In this document: one piece after another, positions 45,216 to 58,824 of the stretch | Layout: the number at the start of each line of letters is the position of its first letter | Position numbering within the stretch: position 1 is the stretch's first letter | DNA from: the human T2T-CHM13v2.0 reference genome, Homo sapiens | Reading direction: 5' to 3' (one strand) | DNA length: 64,000 bases | NCBI RefSeq assembly: GCF_009914755.1 | Contig: NC_060941.1 | Made by a program: the position numbers and the translations under genes | Notes under the pieces: generated by a model | Database searches by the model: none | Told to the model about the DNA's origin: nothing | What the model saw: only the letters and a program-made list of their open reading frames with translations

Positions 45216-48200
45216 GGGTTGGGGTGGGCATATACCTACCATTAGGAAAAGGAGAAAGACCAGGGGCTTGATCTCAGAAGAAGAAATGCCCCCTTTTCAT
45301 TCCTTTGAATAGATGCAATACAAAGTTCCCAAAGGACACTCCTGCTCAGACATATGCAGTCCCACCTAAAATATAGTTCTTATTTTTAGCTTTGAATAAG
45401 TTAAGAGGAAATTGCAAGGATCATTATCACTAATCATTTGAGGTATAAATGATGTCTACAAAGGATATCCAGAAAAGATGGTGACAAGAAGTTATGGGTC
45501 AAATGACAATCACAACAACAATATCAACAAGGTAGTTCACATACATCATCTCTAATCCTGACAAACGCCAAGCAAGGTGGCATTATTATTCCCACTCTCC
45601 AAATGACTGAAGTGTAGAGAGCTTCAGTAACTTGTACCAAGTTAGCCAGATGATAAGGAGGTGTGGAGAGACTTGAACCCAAGACAGGCAGATTTCAAAG
45701 GCGGTCCTGTTACAAAGGCAGTGGGTCACACTAACTTTTAAAAATCATATATAGACAATCTAACAATCTGTTTGGTTATGAAACAAAATAGATTGATGCT
45801 TCTCAAAGTTACCTCCCTTTGTAAGACTTGGGGGAGCCTGCCACCACCCCAAAAGCTGATAGTCCTGAATCATGGCCTTTCTCTGCTTTATCCTCCCCAT
45901 GGCCACAGTCAGCACAAGTCACAGTCAATACAAGTATAAGCAACTCAATCGCTCAGTTTTCTGTATGTGGCTTTTCATTTTTTCAGTGTGACAAATGAAT
46001 ACGAGGCAGGCATTTTCTTTCTTCCACCCAGTAGTTTTACAGTATTGACTCAAGCCCTTCCTCTCTTCCCCTGAGACCTCTTTGAGGTGGGCCAGTGAGG
46101 ATCCTGATCCCTCTTCTCTGGCTAGAAATGAACCCAGTGACTTTCACATCCTGATAAACAGAATCAGATGCTATTGAGTGTTTCCATTTGATTGGGTCAA
46201 GCAACTATTCCTGAGGTCGATTCAGTGTCATCTGAACTCAAGAGAATCCATGTATTGCATGAGCTTAAACTTCTTAATTTAATCAAGCATTTAGGGAATA
46301 AGCACAAAAAGATGGCTGTGCAATTTTATCGCGATATCTTTCCTAAGTGAATTCAAAGCAAAGCATGGGTTGACTTTGCTCAAAGAATGACCAACTCTTA
46401 AAACATGTCCATTAGTAAATAGCTCACTCTTCAAAATCAAGAACTCGGGGTTGTATTTTCATCCATTTTTCTCACAGTTGCAATTCCTGATGAACTAGCT
46501 CCCGTTGCATATCACCTTCCCTTTCATCAGAACAGGAGTTTTCAAATGGCAGCTATAATGGTGGAGTTTGGGTGGGGTGCTGATCCTACCCACATCCCGA
46601 TATCTGAGTGAGAAAAACGAAATAGGTTTTGTCCCCTTTAAAAGTGTTTCAGACAGGAAAGACCTCCTTGAATGTTATAAACTTGAATGGGAAAAAATGT
46701 TCATTCTCCTTCCCCACCCCCACCCAGTTCCCAGCATCTTTGTTTGAACCAAGTCTCAAAAAACATGTAAATCTTGGCCCAGACTAAGCAAATCACCTTA
46801 AAAAGGAAGGTTAGAGAACTGTTTATTATTTGAAATGTCTCTCTCCAGACCTTATTTTTGATAAATTGGCTTCAGCTTCATTACTTCATGATATATCTCC
46901 CTTGACATTTAATTATACTTACTCCAAACACATTAAGCGAATCAGTCTGAACAGCTTCTTATTAATATGCAAATTTCTCCTTTGAAAACCCATGAATCTG
47001 TGAAAAATCTCTTTAGGCTTCCATTAAACCCACTCAGGAAGTTGTATACCTCACACAGACACTTGCCTTATTCACTGACTCAATGATTCAGCATTTACTA
47101 ATTGTCTGAGTTAACTATTCTGGCCACATCAAGGGGAGGTGGTAGGAAAGAGAGAGGGGACAGGGAATCAAATGGGATTCAGAAGCTGAACACTTAAAAG
47201 ATGAATGATCAGAGGCCAGGCTTGAATTAGCGGCTGGTAGTTAGAGCTCAAAATCAAGGCTCTTTGCAAGCACAATCAGCCAGATGACTTGAAACAGCGT
47301 ACTTTAAGGGGAGAAGCCACGGACTTAGTTCACCAGTGACTTCTCTGGCAGTTCTGTTTCAGATGAAGACGGGCTGCTGAACACAGGATCTTCTACACAT
47401 CTCTTATGCCCTCCCAAGCACTGGCTGCACTTGTGTTCCTTTACCATTGCATTTGCAAAAGATCTGATTGTCATCAGGTAACACAGCGGGGCATAGGTAG
47501 AGTGGTTCTAGTTAGCAATGGTGCCAGGAAGACCAGGGGCTGACCAGGAGAATGCTGAGTTCAAATTAGGAAACAGGGTCCTAAGGCTGTTGGGGGTCAG
47601 AAGCAAATTTCAAAGAAGCCTGGGTTTTAGAAACTGAGAAACAAAGCCTAGCGCTTCAGGAGCTAGCTGAACACCTAGCAACAAGGAGATGGAGGCAATA
47701 TCGTGAGGAAATGAGTTTTCCAGGAGAGTCCAGGGCCCGAGGGGGGCCAGAATGAAAGGGGAATAAAGTGGAGATCAACACAAGCAAGACGGGTATTAGG
47801 AGTTTACGAGAGAGTCGCTCTTAAATATCTGCTGATGGAATACTGAAGATGGGCAAAGACAATCATTTTCCATAGTCCTATCAGACAAAAGTCTGAAACT
47901 GGGGACATCTGGGCAGCAGGAGATAGAAGCATCAGAGAGCAGCATGCAGGATTCAGGTTCTGGTGTTTTTTATCATCTTTGTTGAGTATTTCCAAGACAT
48001 ATTTGCAACTAGTAAACAATATGGTTATGGTTACACACACACAAATACATATACGTGTGTGTGTGTGTGTGTATATGTTTATATACACACACACACACAC
48101 ACACATGCTTTGACTTATGATAAAAATGGAGGAAATATAATAGGCTGTTTTCAGTGACATCTGGATCTCACCCTGAATAATCTCATCCACTCTAGACCTC

Positions 48201-49550
48201 AGTTCCATCATCTTATCAAAAAAGGACAACAGCACCTGCTCCATCCTTTTTATAGTGTTGCTGTAAGAATTAAATTGAATAGAATATGTCAAGATTGTGG
48301 AGGAGGGGGGAACTGTGTAAAGTGTAAAATATCTACATGTATAAGGTTAATATATATAGTCAAGTTAGGCTTTCACATTTGCTTACCAACCTTGTAAATG
48401 GCATGCACTGCTGAATAGAAATTAAACTGCTTAATAAGGGAAATAGGAAAGAAACGAATATTTAATACATATCTGCTACAATCCACACACTGCTTAAGGT
48501 GACTTTGTAGGTTATCTCACTTTATCCTCACAGCAACCTTGAAGAAACAGAAAAAGGAAATGTCATCGTCCTAAGTCTTGTTTGGAAGGAGAAAGGTCTG
48601 GAACAGAGACTCTGTTTTCAATGAGTTCCCAGACCTTTAAAGGGGAGGTAAGAAAAATAATAATGAAAATATACAAAGAATACTTATAAACTGAAGTTAC
48701 TAATTTTTAAGGCAACTCTGTATCTGTCATTTGAGATTGGTTCCATTCATTGCAAAGAATTTAAATCAAAATAACAAAAAGCAGGAGAAATCTGATTGCA
48801 TCACGATAGAAAGATGTTACTTTCATGGAAACAACTTCCTAAAGCTTTAGATAGGGTCTATAATTTGATCAAATAGGAGAGCAATAACCCAAAAAGAAAC
48901 AGAACCAAACAAAATCTTCAGTGACATTTATTGTCGTCAAAGATCATAGTCTAGAGTATAAAGTTCTTTTCTTGCTTGTTTAAAATTCCTGCCTTATTTA
49001 ATGTAACAAATCAGAAGAGAAAGAACTTAACATAGGAAGGACTGTAAATCCCTGAAGAGCTTCTCTGAGAGCATTTTCACAGATGTCTCAGAGAAAGAGA
49101 GAGAAAGAAATTAGGATGAATTTAGTATTTTTAAGAAAACTAGCCAGAAATATCAATTTGGGTACTTTCGTTTGTCTCAATTCCATAGATCCCGAAGCAA
49201 TCACAGGCATTAGAGTCTTGTTATGAAACCATAACCTGCAAGTTTTCTTCCCCTTGACTAGGTAGGTAGAAGAATGTGGTAGGATGAATGCATGATGTGG
49301 ACAGTCCAAATCCTGCTTGCTCTACTTAGTAGTAGCTGAGATAACTCAAGTCTTTGTTTCTATAAATGGCGTTAATGTCTAACTTACAGTGTTACTGAGA
49401 AAATTAAAGCAGATACATATTTAAGATGCTTGGAACAAGTACTCAAAAACGGAAAAGATTGCCATTAAACACACTCCTTGAAGATAGGATACCTTTTATT
49501 GTACTTTGCCTCCTTCAGGGCATTTGAACAGAGCAGACTCTCAACACATA

Positions 49551-50818
<1,268 letters not shown>

Positions 50819-51895
50819 CATTTGTTAAATGGATGTATAAAAAAAAAGAAATTAAAAACCCATGAAAATAGGCCAAATATATTGGGATGTCTGTTCTTCC
50901 AAATCAGCTTCTCCCTCTTAAAAAAAATCTTTCTTAAAAAAGTAAAAATATGTATAAGTCAGAAACACACCTGTTCATTGCAAAATGGCAAGTTGGTATC
51001 AAATGGCTTTTCCAATGCTGATGAATGGTTTCTAAGGTTTTACTGACCCATTGGCTACCCTCTGGGGTGTGAACAGGGAAAACTAGCAAATTCACAGAAT
51101 TATACTAGATTCTTTCATTAAGATGAGAAACTGAAATATCAGCAAGGTTCTGGTGACTCCAGAACCTTCCCAAAATGACCTAGAGAACCACAGTTACTAA
51201 TTTTGCAACTGCTGGACAGAGTTCTATTTCTCAGAACTTATAAGTCAAGTAATATGCTTGGGTTTAGCGATACTTTTATGGTTAAAATAAGAAAAGTTAT
51301 ACTTCATCCCATTCTCATTTGTCATCTCCCAGAAGTTCAACTTCAGAGCCCAAGCTTGAAAGAAGGCATTTTGGTTTCAAGGTCTCTTTTCAAAGAGATA
51401 AACCTGACAACTTTGCCTGCAATGTCAGTTCCAAGATAAATGAGCTTATGCTATTTTTTAAAATTTCTGTTTGGAGACAAAAAAAAAAATTAAGTTGTTT
51501 TAGAAGAAAGTCAAGGGCTAATTTATGGAATGGACTTGATTTTCTTTTATAGACGTGAGAAAATATACTCTTTGTTAATATAAGTTTTCTTTTGCTCTAT
51601 AAGACAATGGACACAAGCTTTCTGCTCCCCATCTCCTGGGTACCCAAGAGAGTGGGTATTCCCCTCTGCACTGTCACATGGTTCCAAAAACAGGAAGGGG
51701 AAAGTTTTCTTGGAATTAAGATTCAAATTCCATAATACAGAGAAGATCCAACCTCACCATTAATGTTGCTAACTGACCACGCCCACGTTTAACACCCCTA
51801 GGGTGAAAGCTGCTGATCACTTCCAGTTGGCTTCTCTTAACACATGGAAACTGACAGTCCCAAATGAGAAGCTTCTTGTCACAAAATCATGGAGC

Positions 51896-52091
51896 CAGGT
51901 TAGGCTCTCTGGGCATGTAACCCATGCAGTCCCACAGAGTCCTGCACTCAAAAGATCACCATACTTAGAAGGGTTCTGCCTTTGGTTTAATGCACTGACA
52001 CTGCAGTCTTAAAATTCTCATTTTTCTTTTTAACAAGGATCCCTACATTTTCTTACTGCCCTGGGCCCTGAAAATTATGAGCCTAGTCCTG
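51896..52091 (+). mobile_element. MER45-like hAT-Tip100 MITE with perfect 8-bp TSD CATGGAGC
   Basis: CAGG...CCTG ends; TSD at 51888-51895 and 52092-52099. Confidence 0.8.
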
Positions 52092-54034
52092 CATGGAGCT
52101 AGTTAGTAGCTGAGGAGGATTGCACAGACTCCTTGTCCAATACTTCTCCCACCTATGCTAAGTGACCTGACGTAAGGTCTGCGAAGGACAGTACCTCCTC
52201 TGCAACTATGATAGCTCACATACGCAGACTTCTGTATGGTGTCAACTTTGTGCTTCAGAGCATCCATCCATCCATCCATCTGCCTAGGGCACGTCGTGAG
52301 CCAATCACTCATGCACTCCTAGCATCAAACACATTGGAATCATAGCCTGAGCTCTGCTAGGTAGAGGATCAGTTTATCTTTATTAAGAGAATGAGCTAAC
52401 AGACAGGCAGGTTAGGAATACAATCTTTTCTTGGATAAATAGAGTGGACTTCATTCACTCCAGCTGCATCGTGTGGCATATTTTATGCATATGTATTTTT
52501 ATAAAGCAGCTAGAGAAATAAAGCAATCTTATATCATCTAAGAACAACAATCTGACTTTCTATTTGGCAGGCTGCCCTGCAATCCTTCCTTTCTCAGCTC
52601 CTCCATCTCTCTTCCAGGCTCCGGGGGCCGCCTCCCTCTTGTCCCCATTACTTTGCACAAAGGTGAATAAATCAACGTGAAGCTCTTATCATCTTATTTT
52701 CTCTCTGCTCCCTTCTATTCTGTCCTCCCAATCTTGAATGGTTTGAGAGAAATTAATGCCTGTGTCTCTGGCAAATGTATTGCGCCTATAATTCAGTTTT
52801 AAAACAAGCATACCAGCAGTGGCCAAACCTTGGGTAGAAGATTCATTTTTCACATGAGTAATTGGATCCTTCCATTCAATTTTCTTTCAAGTATTAAAGA
52901 CAACTGATGCCTCACTGAAAACTCCTATAAAATTTCTACGAACACTTGTCAACTGAGGGTAGGGCTACCCTGGAGGGCAGGTGGTGGCACTGGCAAAGCA
53001 TTTTCCTACAGTTCACAGGTAGAAGGTTATTCCAAGGTAGTAAAAGTAATAAGAAATCTTTATTTCATCAGCCTCCACTTTATGCCATCAATATTTCTGT
53101 AAGGTTAAAAACTCAGCTTTGGTGTTTTCTTAGGTGACAACATTATTGGATTTAACGGACTTGTTCAACTAATACAATAAACATTCTTTAGCGATTGCTT
53201 TACTGTGCCAGGGTTTCAAAAGATGCTTGTATTAAGAAACATCTGTTTGGTCTGTCAGGGCTACATTTGTGTATTTTAAATGACACATCATCTCTATAGT
53301 GTTTTTTAATACAACAGAAATAATGTGTCTTACTACTTAATGGTTAAACATCCAGCAACTGCATTTTGCAGAATGAAATTCACCATGATATTGGATACTG
53401 GGATAAACCCTTTGTGTTTACAGATGGTTATTCTACTTTTTTTGCAGACAAATTTATTTCAGAATTGACTGAAATGGCTCAATTACTGACTGACTCCAAG
53501 CCATCCCGATTAGCCACAGAAGTGATCTGACCATTTTGCAAGTCATCAAGGTTGTCTGTTGCTATTTTCATAGTAGCACTTAGAAATTCTTAGAAATTCA
53601 TTCCGCTTACCCCGGTTACCCAACAATTGTCTAATTTTTCACTTCTGATGTTTATCACTAACCCCTTCTCCCTGGGGTATTGAATTCTTTAGAAAGTAAT
53701 TGTGGGCCACCTGTCCATGTCTTCTTCTGTAATGGGAAATGAAAACCGAATGCCAGCATAATACTCTGACCCACATTTCTGACCACTCCTGAAAGGTGAG
53801 AACATTAAGAGACTCAGGCAAGATCCCCCAACCACATCATCTGCTTGGAAGGAAAGGAAGACTGTGCAGCATCTACCAATGAGGAAGTCCCAGGTGTTTT
53901 GGTTTTGCTTTTCTTTTCAATCAAGATTTGGGGTAAAATCAGGGGACACGAAAGCAGGAGAGCCTATCTGGAGAAGGAAGAGGATCATGGAAGAGTCTAT
54001 AAAACAAAATCTATCAGAAATCTCTTGGCCAACT

Positions 54035-54570
54035 AACTGTCATGTACTGCTGTTTAACAAAGCATCCTTAAACTTAATGCTTGCAACAATACAAAACATT
54101 TGTTTGCTCATAATTCTGAAATTTAGAAAGGGCTCAGCTAAGTGATTCATCTGCTCCATGTGATATCAGCTACAGTCACTCATTTAGCTTTAGTTGACGG
54201 AGAGGTCAGCTGGGGCTAGAATGATATCGAGGTGGCTTCACTCACATATCTGGGTCCTCAGCTGTGGTGGCTGAAGATCTGGGAGCTGTCTGGGCCTCTC
54301 CTCAGCAGGGTTGTTGAATTCCTTATTTGGTGGCTCAGGGCTCCAAGGTGAGCCACAGCAGAAGCTGTCAGGGCTCTAAGTGGCTAAGCCTGGAGTTGGC
54401 ACAACATTGCTGCTGCCACATTCTAGTAGCTGATGCAAATCCCAAGGCCAGCTCAAATCCAAGTGGAGTGAACATAATTAGATTCCATGATTCCGTATCT
54501 GGATGGGGTAAATGGAATGCACAAATATGGGTGGGAGAAATAGTTGGCATATCTATGGAGACAGTCAACC
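54035..54570 (-). mobile_element. MaLR LTR (old MLT1)
   Basis: ttgctcataattctg...gggctcagct...ctgctccatgtg...gccacattcta...aaggccagctcaaatccaag. Confidence 0.65.
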
Positions 54571-57110
54571 GTACTAGCTCCCAATGTTTTTCTCAACCCT
54601 AGCGTGGATGAGGGTACTAATGGTCAGCTCAGGGAGTTAGTGGTCACTCTCCATAATTTCACTTCACAGGTTAGAGACATTGGCAAAGAACATCTTTTTC
54701 TTTAAACATCACTGCGTGTTTGTTATTGGATTCTCATTTCAAATTGACTTGAGCTTCAGACCAGTTCTAGCACCATGAGTCAATTTGTAAGTCAAACAGG
54801 CAACTTGTTTAGGAATCAGAGCACATGATTCATATTCAAGCAATCAAGCACAAAGAAGACAAAACACCTTATTTATGCTGCCTTCCTCAATTCGAAAGAG
54901 ACGTTAGCTTCCAATGTCACAGGAAAAGGAACATGTCAGTGAAATTTCCATAGACAATAGTATTAACACATGATTTGTCGTTGAGCTTCTAAGAGTCTGA
55001 AGGGTCCTCAGAAAAAAATTCTGATTTTGTATGATCTTTAACTTCTTTACTCATTTTAGAAGCTCACCACCAACCATGTAAGATGAGATTCCACCCATTT
55101 GCTCAAAATGTGTCACTAGAGCTACAAAGAGAGGGTGCTCCTGGGCACCCCAGTTTGGGCTTAGTTAGTAAATAAGCCTAAATCCCCTCTCTAAAACATG
55201 GTTTAGATTTGCAGATCAAGACTGATAGACTTCTCTTTTGTGTTCCAACAGAAAGTAGTCCCTTGGGATCCACCTTAGGTATAAATAAAACATATTTTTG
55301 TGAGTGAGAAAGTAAACGATTTCTTTCTAATTTCTGATTGACCTCTGATTCCTAGGCTTTTGTGACAGATCACAATGTCTTCAAGCAACAATCTATAATG
55401 TTCTAGTGTTATCTGTGTCACTGACCAGCAGCTTGACACTGGGCAGGGTGGTTTTTCCCTTTCTGAGTTCTTGCCAAAGGGTTCAGGGTTAAACATTAAA
55501 GGTGCATTAAAGCTCTAGTTAGTGGAAAGGGTTAAATATCATCATCAAATTTTACTCTTGCAAAATGTTTCACAGGTTCCAAAGCATTTTGTGTAATTGC
55601 CTCATTTGATATCAATTTCTAGGGTTCCTTCCATCTTCAACATTGTATGATTTGATGGACTAAAAATGCATGCTCAATTGATAAAATGTACCTTTTTCCA
55701 GTAGTTTAAATAGTCAAAGACTTTTAAGTGCTCCTGCTGTGGAGAAAGAAAAGTCTGTTTCTTTCATCTCTGCATTTACGTTGGAAGACCAGATATCACT
55801 TTCAAAATATTTTTTCAAAACTTAAGGAGAGGTGTGACTTACCACTTAATGATCAGCCTTTGCTCACACATTTCTGTGGTTCATTGAGCGAACTTCACTG
55901 TAGAACAAGAGTCTCCTAGAGAAAAAGCATTCAATCTATCTTCCTGGAAGATCTTGGCATTCATTCCCCTTAGGGGCTACCCAAAAGAGCAAAAGGGAAA
56001 GGCAGAAGGGATCTCTGGGACCTCACATCCTTATTTAAGCAGAGAAACTCCCCTTTTATCAGTGTTCATTTTCACTTCAGTGTAAAATTTCATTTGAACT
56101 AGGAGTTCTAAGGTCATCAAATATTTGAAAACTACTGCTTAAGGGAACACATGTGGATTTGTAAATCCTGCTAAATCTATTTATGTATTGTGATATAATT
56201 CTCCCTACTGATGCTGTAAAAAATTGTTTTAAACTGAAAGCTATGATATAAACTATTCCAACTGACCCCACATATCCCCAGAGGCCTCCTTTAAAGTTCT
56301 ACTCTGTGGTTTGAATGAGTTTTTGAATGGATGCCAAAGATTTCCTATCTCCTCTGCTAAAGAGGCTAAGACTACAAAAGAAGCCAAGCCAGGGGGAAAG
56401 AAAAATTCCAGCCATAAAGTTTCAAAGAATTCTCAGATATTAATTCTGACCCAAGTGCCAGAGTGATTCACTGGCGGGTGATGCTGAGTAATCTTACTTT
56501 GGACTCTTAATCCATGTTCTATTAATGGATTTTAGCCACAGCTCAAAAGGTTAGGAATTAAAGACCCCATTTCCACCTCTTTTTATTAAATTATTCTAAC
56601 CTCATCCTGGGTAATTCATCACTGTCTCACTCGCTCTTGGTACACACATTGGGAATGGAAGGGCCAGTTGATATAATCACCCTGTCCACCTTCCCAAACA
56701 CATTCTAATAAAAAAAGAGCCCTAAGTCCAGTTTCTCTGAGATTTGAGAGGGTGGTTATTCCAATTTTACATTCAGTACTGCTGAAGAGTCAGTTCCTAG
56801 AGACTCTTGCTCCTTAAGGAGTCTCTTTCTTTAGTAGAATCATACCCTTTGCCTTAGTTTTGGTAATTTTCAATGTTGTTTAGGTTGAGCCTTTGAACAT
56901 CGTGACCAGATGGTCATCTGTTGGCAGTTTCCATAGCATTCGTTCAGTGGGCACAAATCTTGAAGGCTACTTGAAGAAAGAGGATGAAGTTCAGATGGTT
57001 CACACACCTCCAGAAACCTCTTTCAACTGTGAACAATCTTGACTTGCTGTGGTTTCTGTACATGTAGTAAAGCATGTTGAAGGAATGGATGCCTTGACTT
57101 CATTGATACC

Positions 57111-58633
57111 TGGAATGGACGGAATTATATCCCCTCAAAATTGGTAAGTTGAAGCCTCAACTCTCAATGTGACTGTATTTGAAGATTAAAGGGCATTAAA
57201 GGAGGTTATTAAAGTTAAATGAGGGGTCGGGCACAGTGGTTCATGCCTGTAATCCCAGCAGTTTAGGAGGCCAAGGCAGGTGGATCACTTGAGGTTAGGA
57301 GTCTGAGACCAGTCTGGCCAGCATGGCAAAACTGCATCCCTATAAAAAATACAAAAATAGCTGGGCATGGTGGCGTGCACCTGCAGTCCCAGCTACTTGG
57401 GAGGCTGAGGCATGAGAATCACTTGAACTCGGGAGAGGTGGAGGTTGCAGTGAGCAGAGATTGCGCCACTGCCCTCCAGCCTGGGCAACAGAGCGAGACT
57501 CTGTTTCCAAAAAAAAAAAAAAAAATGGTTAAGTGAGGTTGGAAGAGTAGATCCCTGATCCAACAGAATTGGTGTTCTTAAAGGAAGAGGAAGAGATACC
57601 AGGAGTATGTCTGCACAGAGGAAAGGTTGTGTGAAGACACAGAGAGAAGGTGGCCATGTGCAAGCCAAGGAGAGAGGTCGCGGGAGAGAACAACCCTACC
57701 CATCCTCAATCTCAGACTTCCAGCCTCCAGAATTGTGAGACAATAAACTGTTGTTTAGGTCCCCCAGCCTGTGGCACTTTGTTATGGTAGCCTGTGATAT
57801 TTCGAAATATCACAGGCTACCATATTTTGATATTTGGTCTTCCTGTTTCCTGGCTCATCATTCCCAAAACCCTTGGAATCTAAAGCAATAAATTTCTTTG
57901 TGAATGTTAATGAGATGACTGGTGGCTGGGGGCTCCTGGATAGCCTCAGGATGGGGGATGGTTGCCAGGGGAATGTTGTAATTAGAGGGTTGAAACTTTC
58001 AGCTCCCCCACTACCACCACACACACACCTCTGGGGTGGAAAGAGGAGCTGAAGATTGAGTTCATCACCAATGGCCAGTGGTTTAATCAATCATGCCTAT
58101 GTGATGAGACCTCTACAAGAACCCAAGACTGGGTTCTGACAGCTTCCAGAGAGCTGCACACACAGCAGTTCCTGGAGGTTGGTGCAACCAGGGATCTGGG
58201 AGCTCCAAACCCCTTCCTACATACCTCGCCCTATGCATCTCTTCTATCTGGCTGCTCCTCTGTATCCTTTGTAATATCCTTTGTAATAAGTGGGTCAACA
58301 TAAGTGTTTCCCCGAGTTCTGTGAGCCACTCTAGCAAATTAAACAAATCTAATGAAGCGTTCATGGAAAACCCCAATTTATAGCCAGATAATCAATCAGA
58401 GGTATACTAATCGCAACAAGCATTTAAAGTGGGGGGCAGTCTTGTGAGACTGAGCCCTTAACCTATGATATCTGATGCTGTCTACAGGTTGATGGTGTCG
58501 GAACTGAATTGAATAAGACACCCAGATGATGTGTGCTGGAGAATGTAGTGTCAGAAGTGTTATATCGAGAGATGTGTGGAAGTAGAGAAAAAATATTTTT
58601 TTTTCTCTGACATAGCCCAAGCAGACTAATACA
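57111..58633 (+). mobile_element. MLT1A/B LTR interrupted by an AluS (57225-57525) and a MER21 LTR
   Basis: aatgtgactgtatttgaagat...ctcagacttccagcctccagaattgtgaga...gttatggtagcc // caagcagactaataca. Confidence 0.85.
57793..58612 (+). mobile_element. MER21-like solo LTR with 5-bp TSD TAGCC
   Basis: TG...CA termini; TSD at 57788-57792 and 58613-58617; similar to 62386-63187. Confidence 0.8.
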
Positions 58634-58706
58634 GTGCCACAACTTCAACATTTGGAATCAGTCTGAAGAAGAGAAGTTTCCAGAAGACATTATGGCTGTT
58701 TTTAAA

Positions 58707-58824
58707 TATCTGAAGACAGTGACTACTTTTAGGTTGGTGCAAAAGTAATTGCAGTTTTTGCTATTACTTTCAATGACAAAAACCGCGATTACTTTTGCAC
58801 CAACCTAATACATGCAGAATCAGA
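58707..58824 (-). ncRNA. MIR548H3: miR-548h precursor hairpin (MADE1-derived), intronic and sense to the host gene
   Basis: Minus strand 58775-58796 reads AAAAGUAAUCGCGGUUUUUGUC, the miR-548h-5p sequence as recalled; it lies in an 80-nt palindromic MADE1 with UCUGA/UCAGA pairing flanks. Confidence 0.85.
58729..58808. mobile_element. MADE1 (Hsmar1 mariner MITE), full 80 bp
   Basis: TTAGGTTGGTGCAAAAGTAATTGC...TTACTTTTGCACCAACCTAA. Confidence 0.95.
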
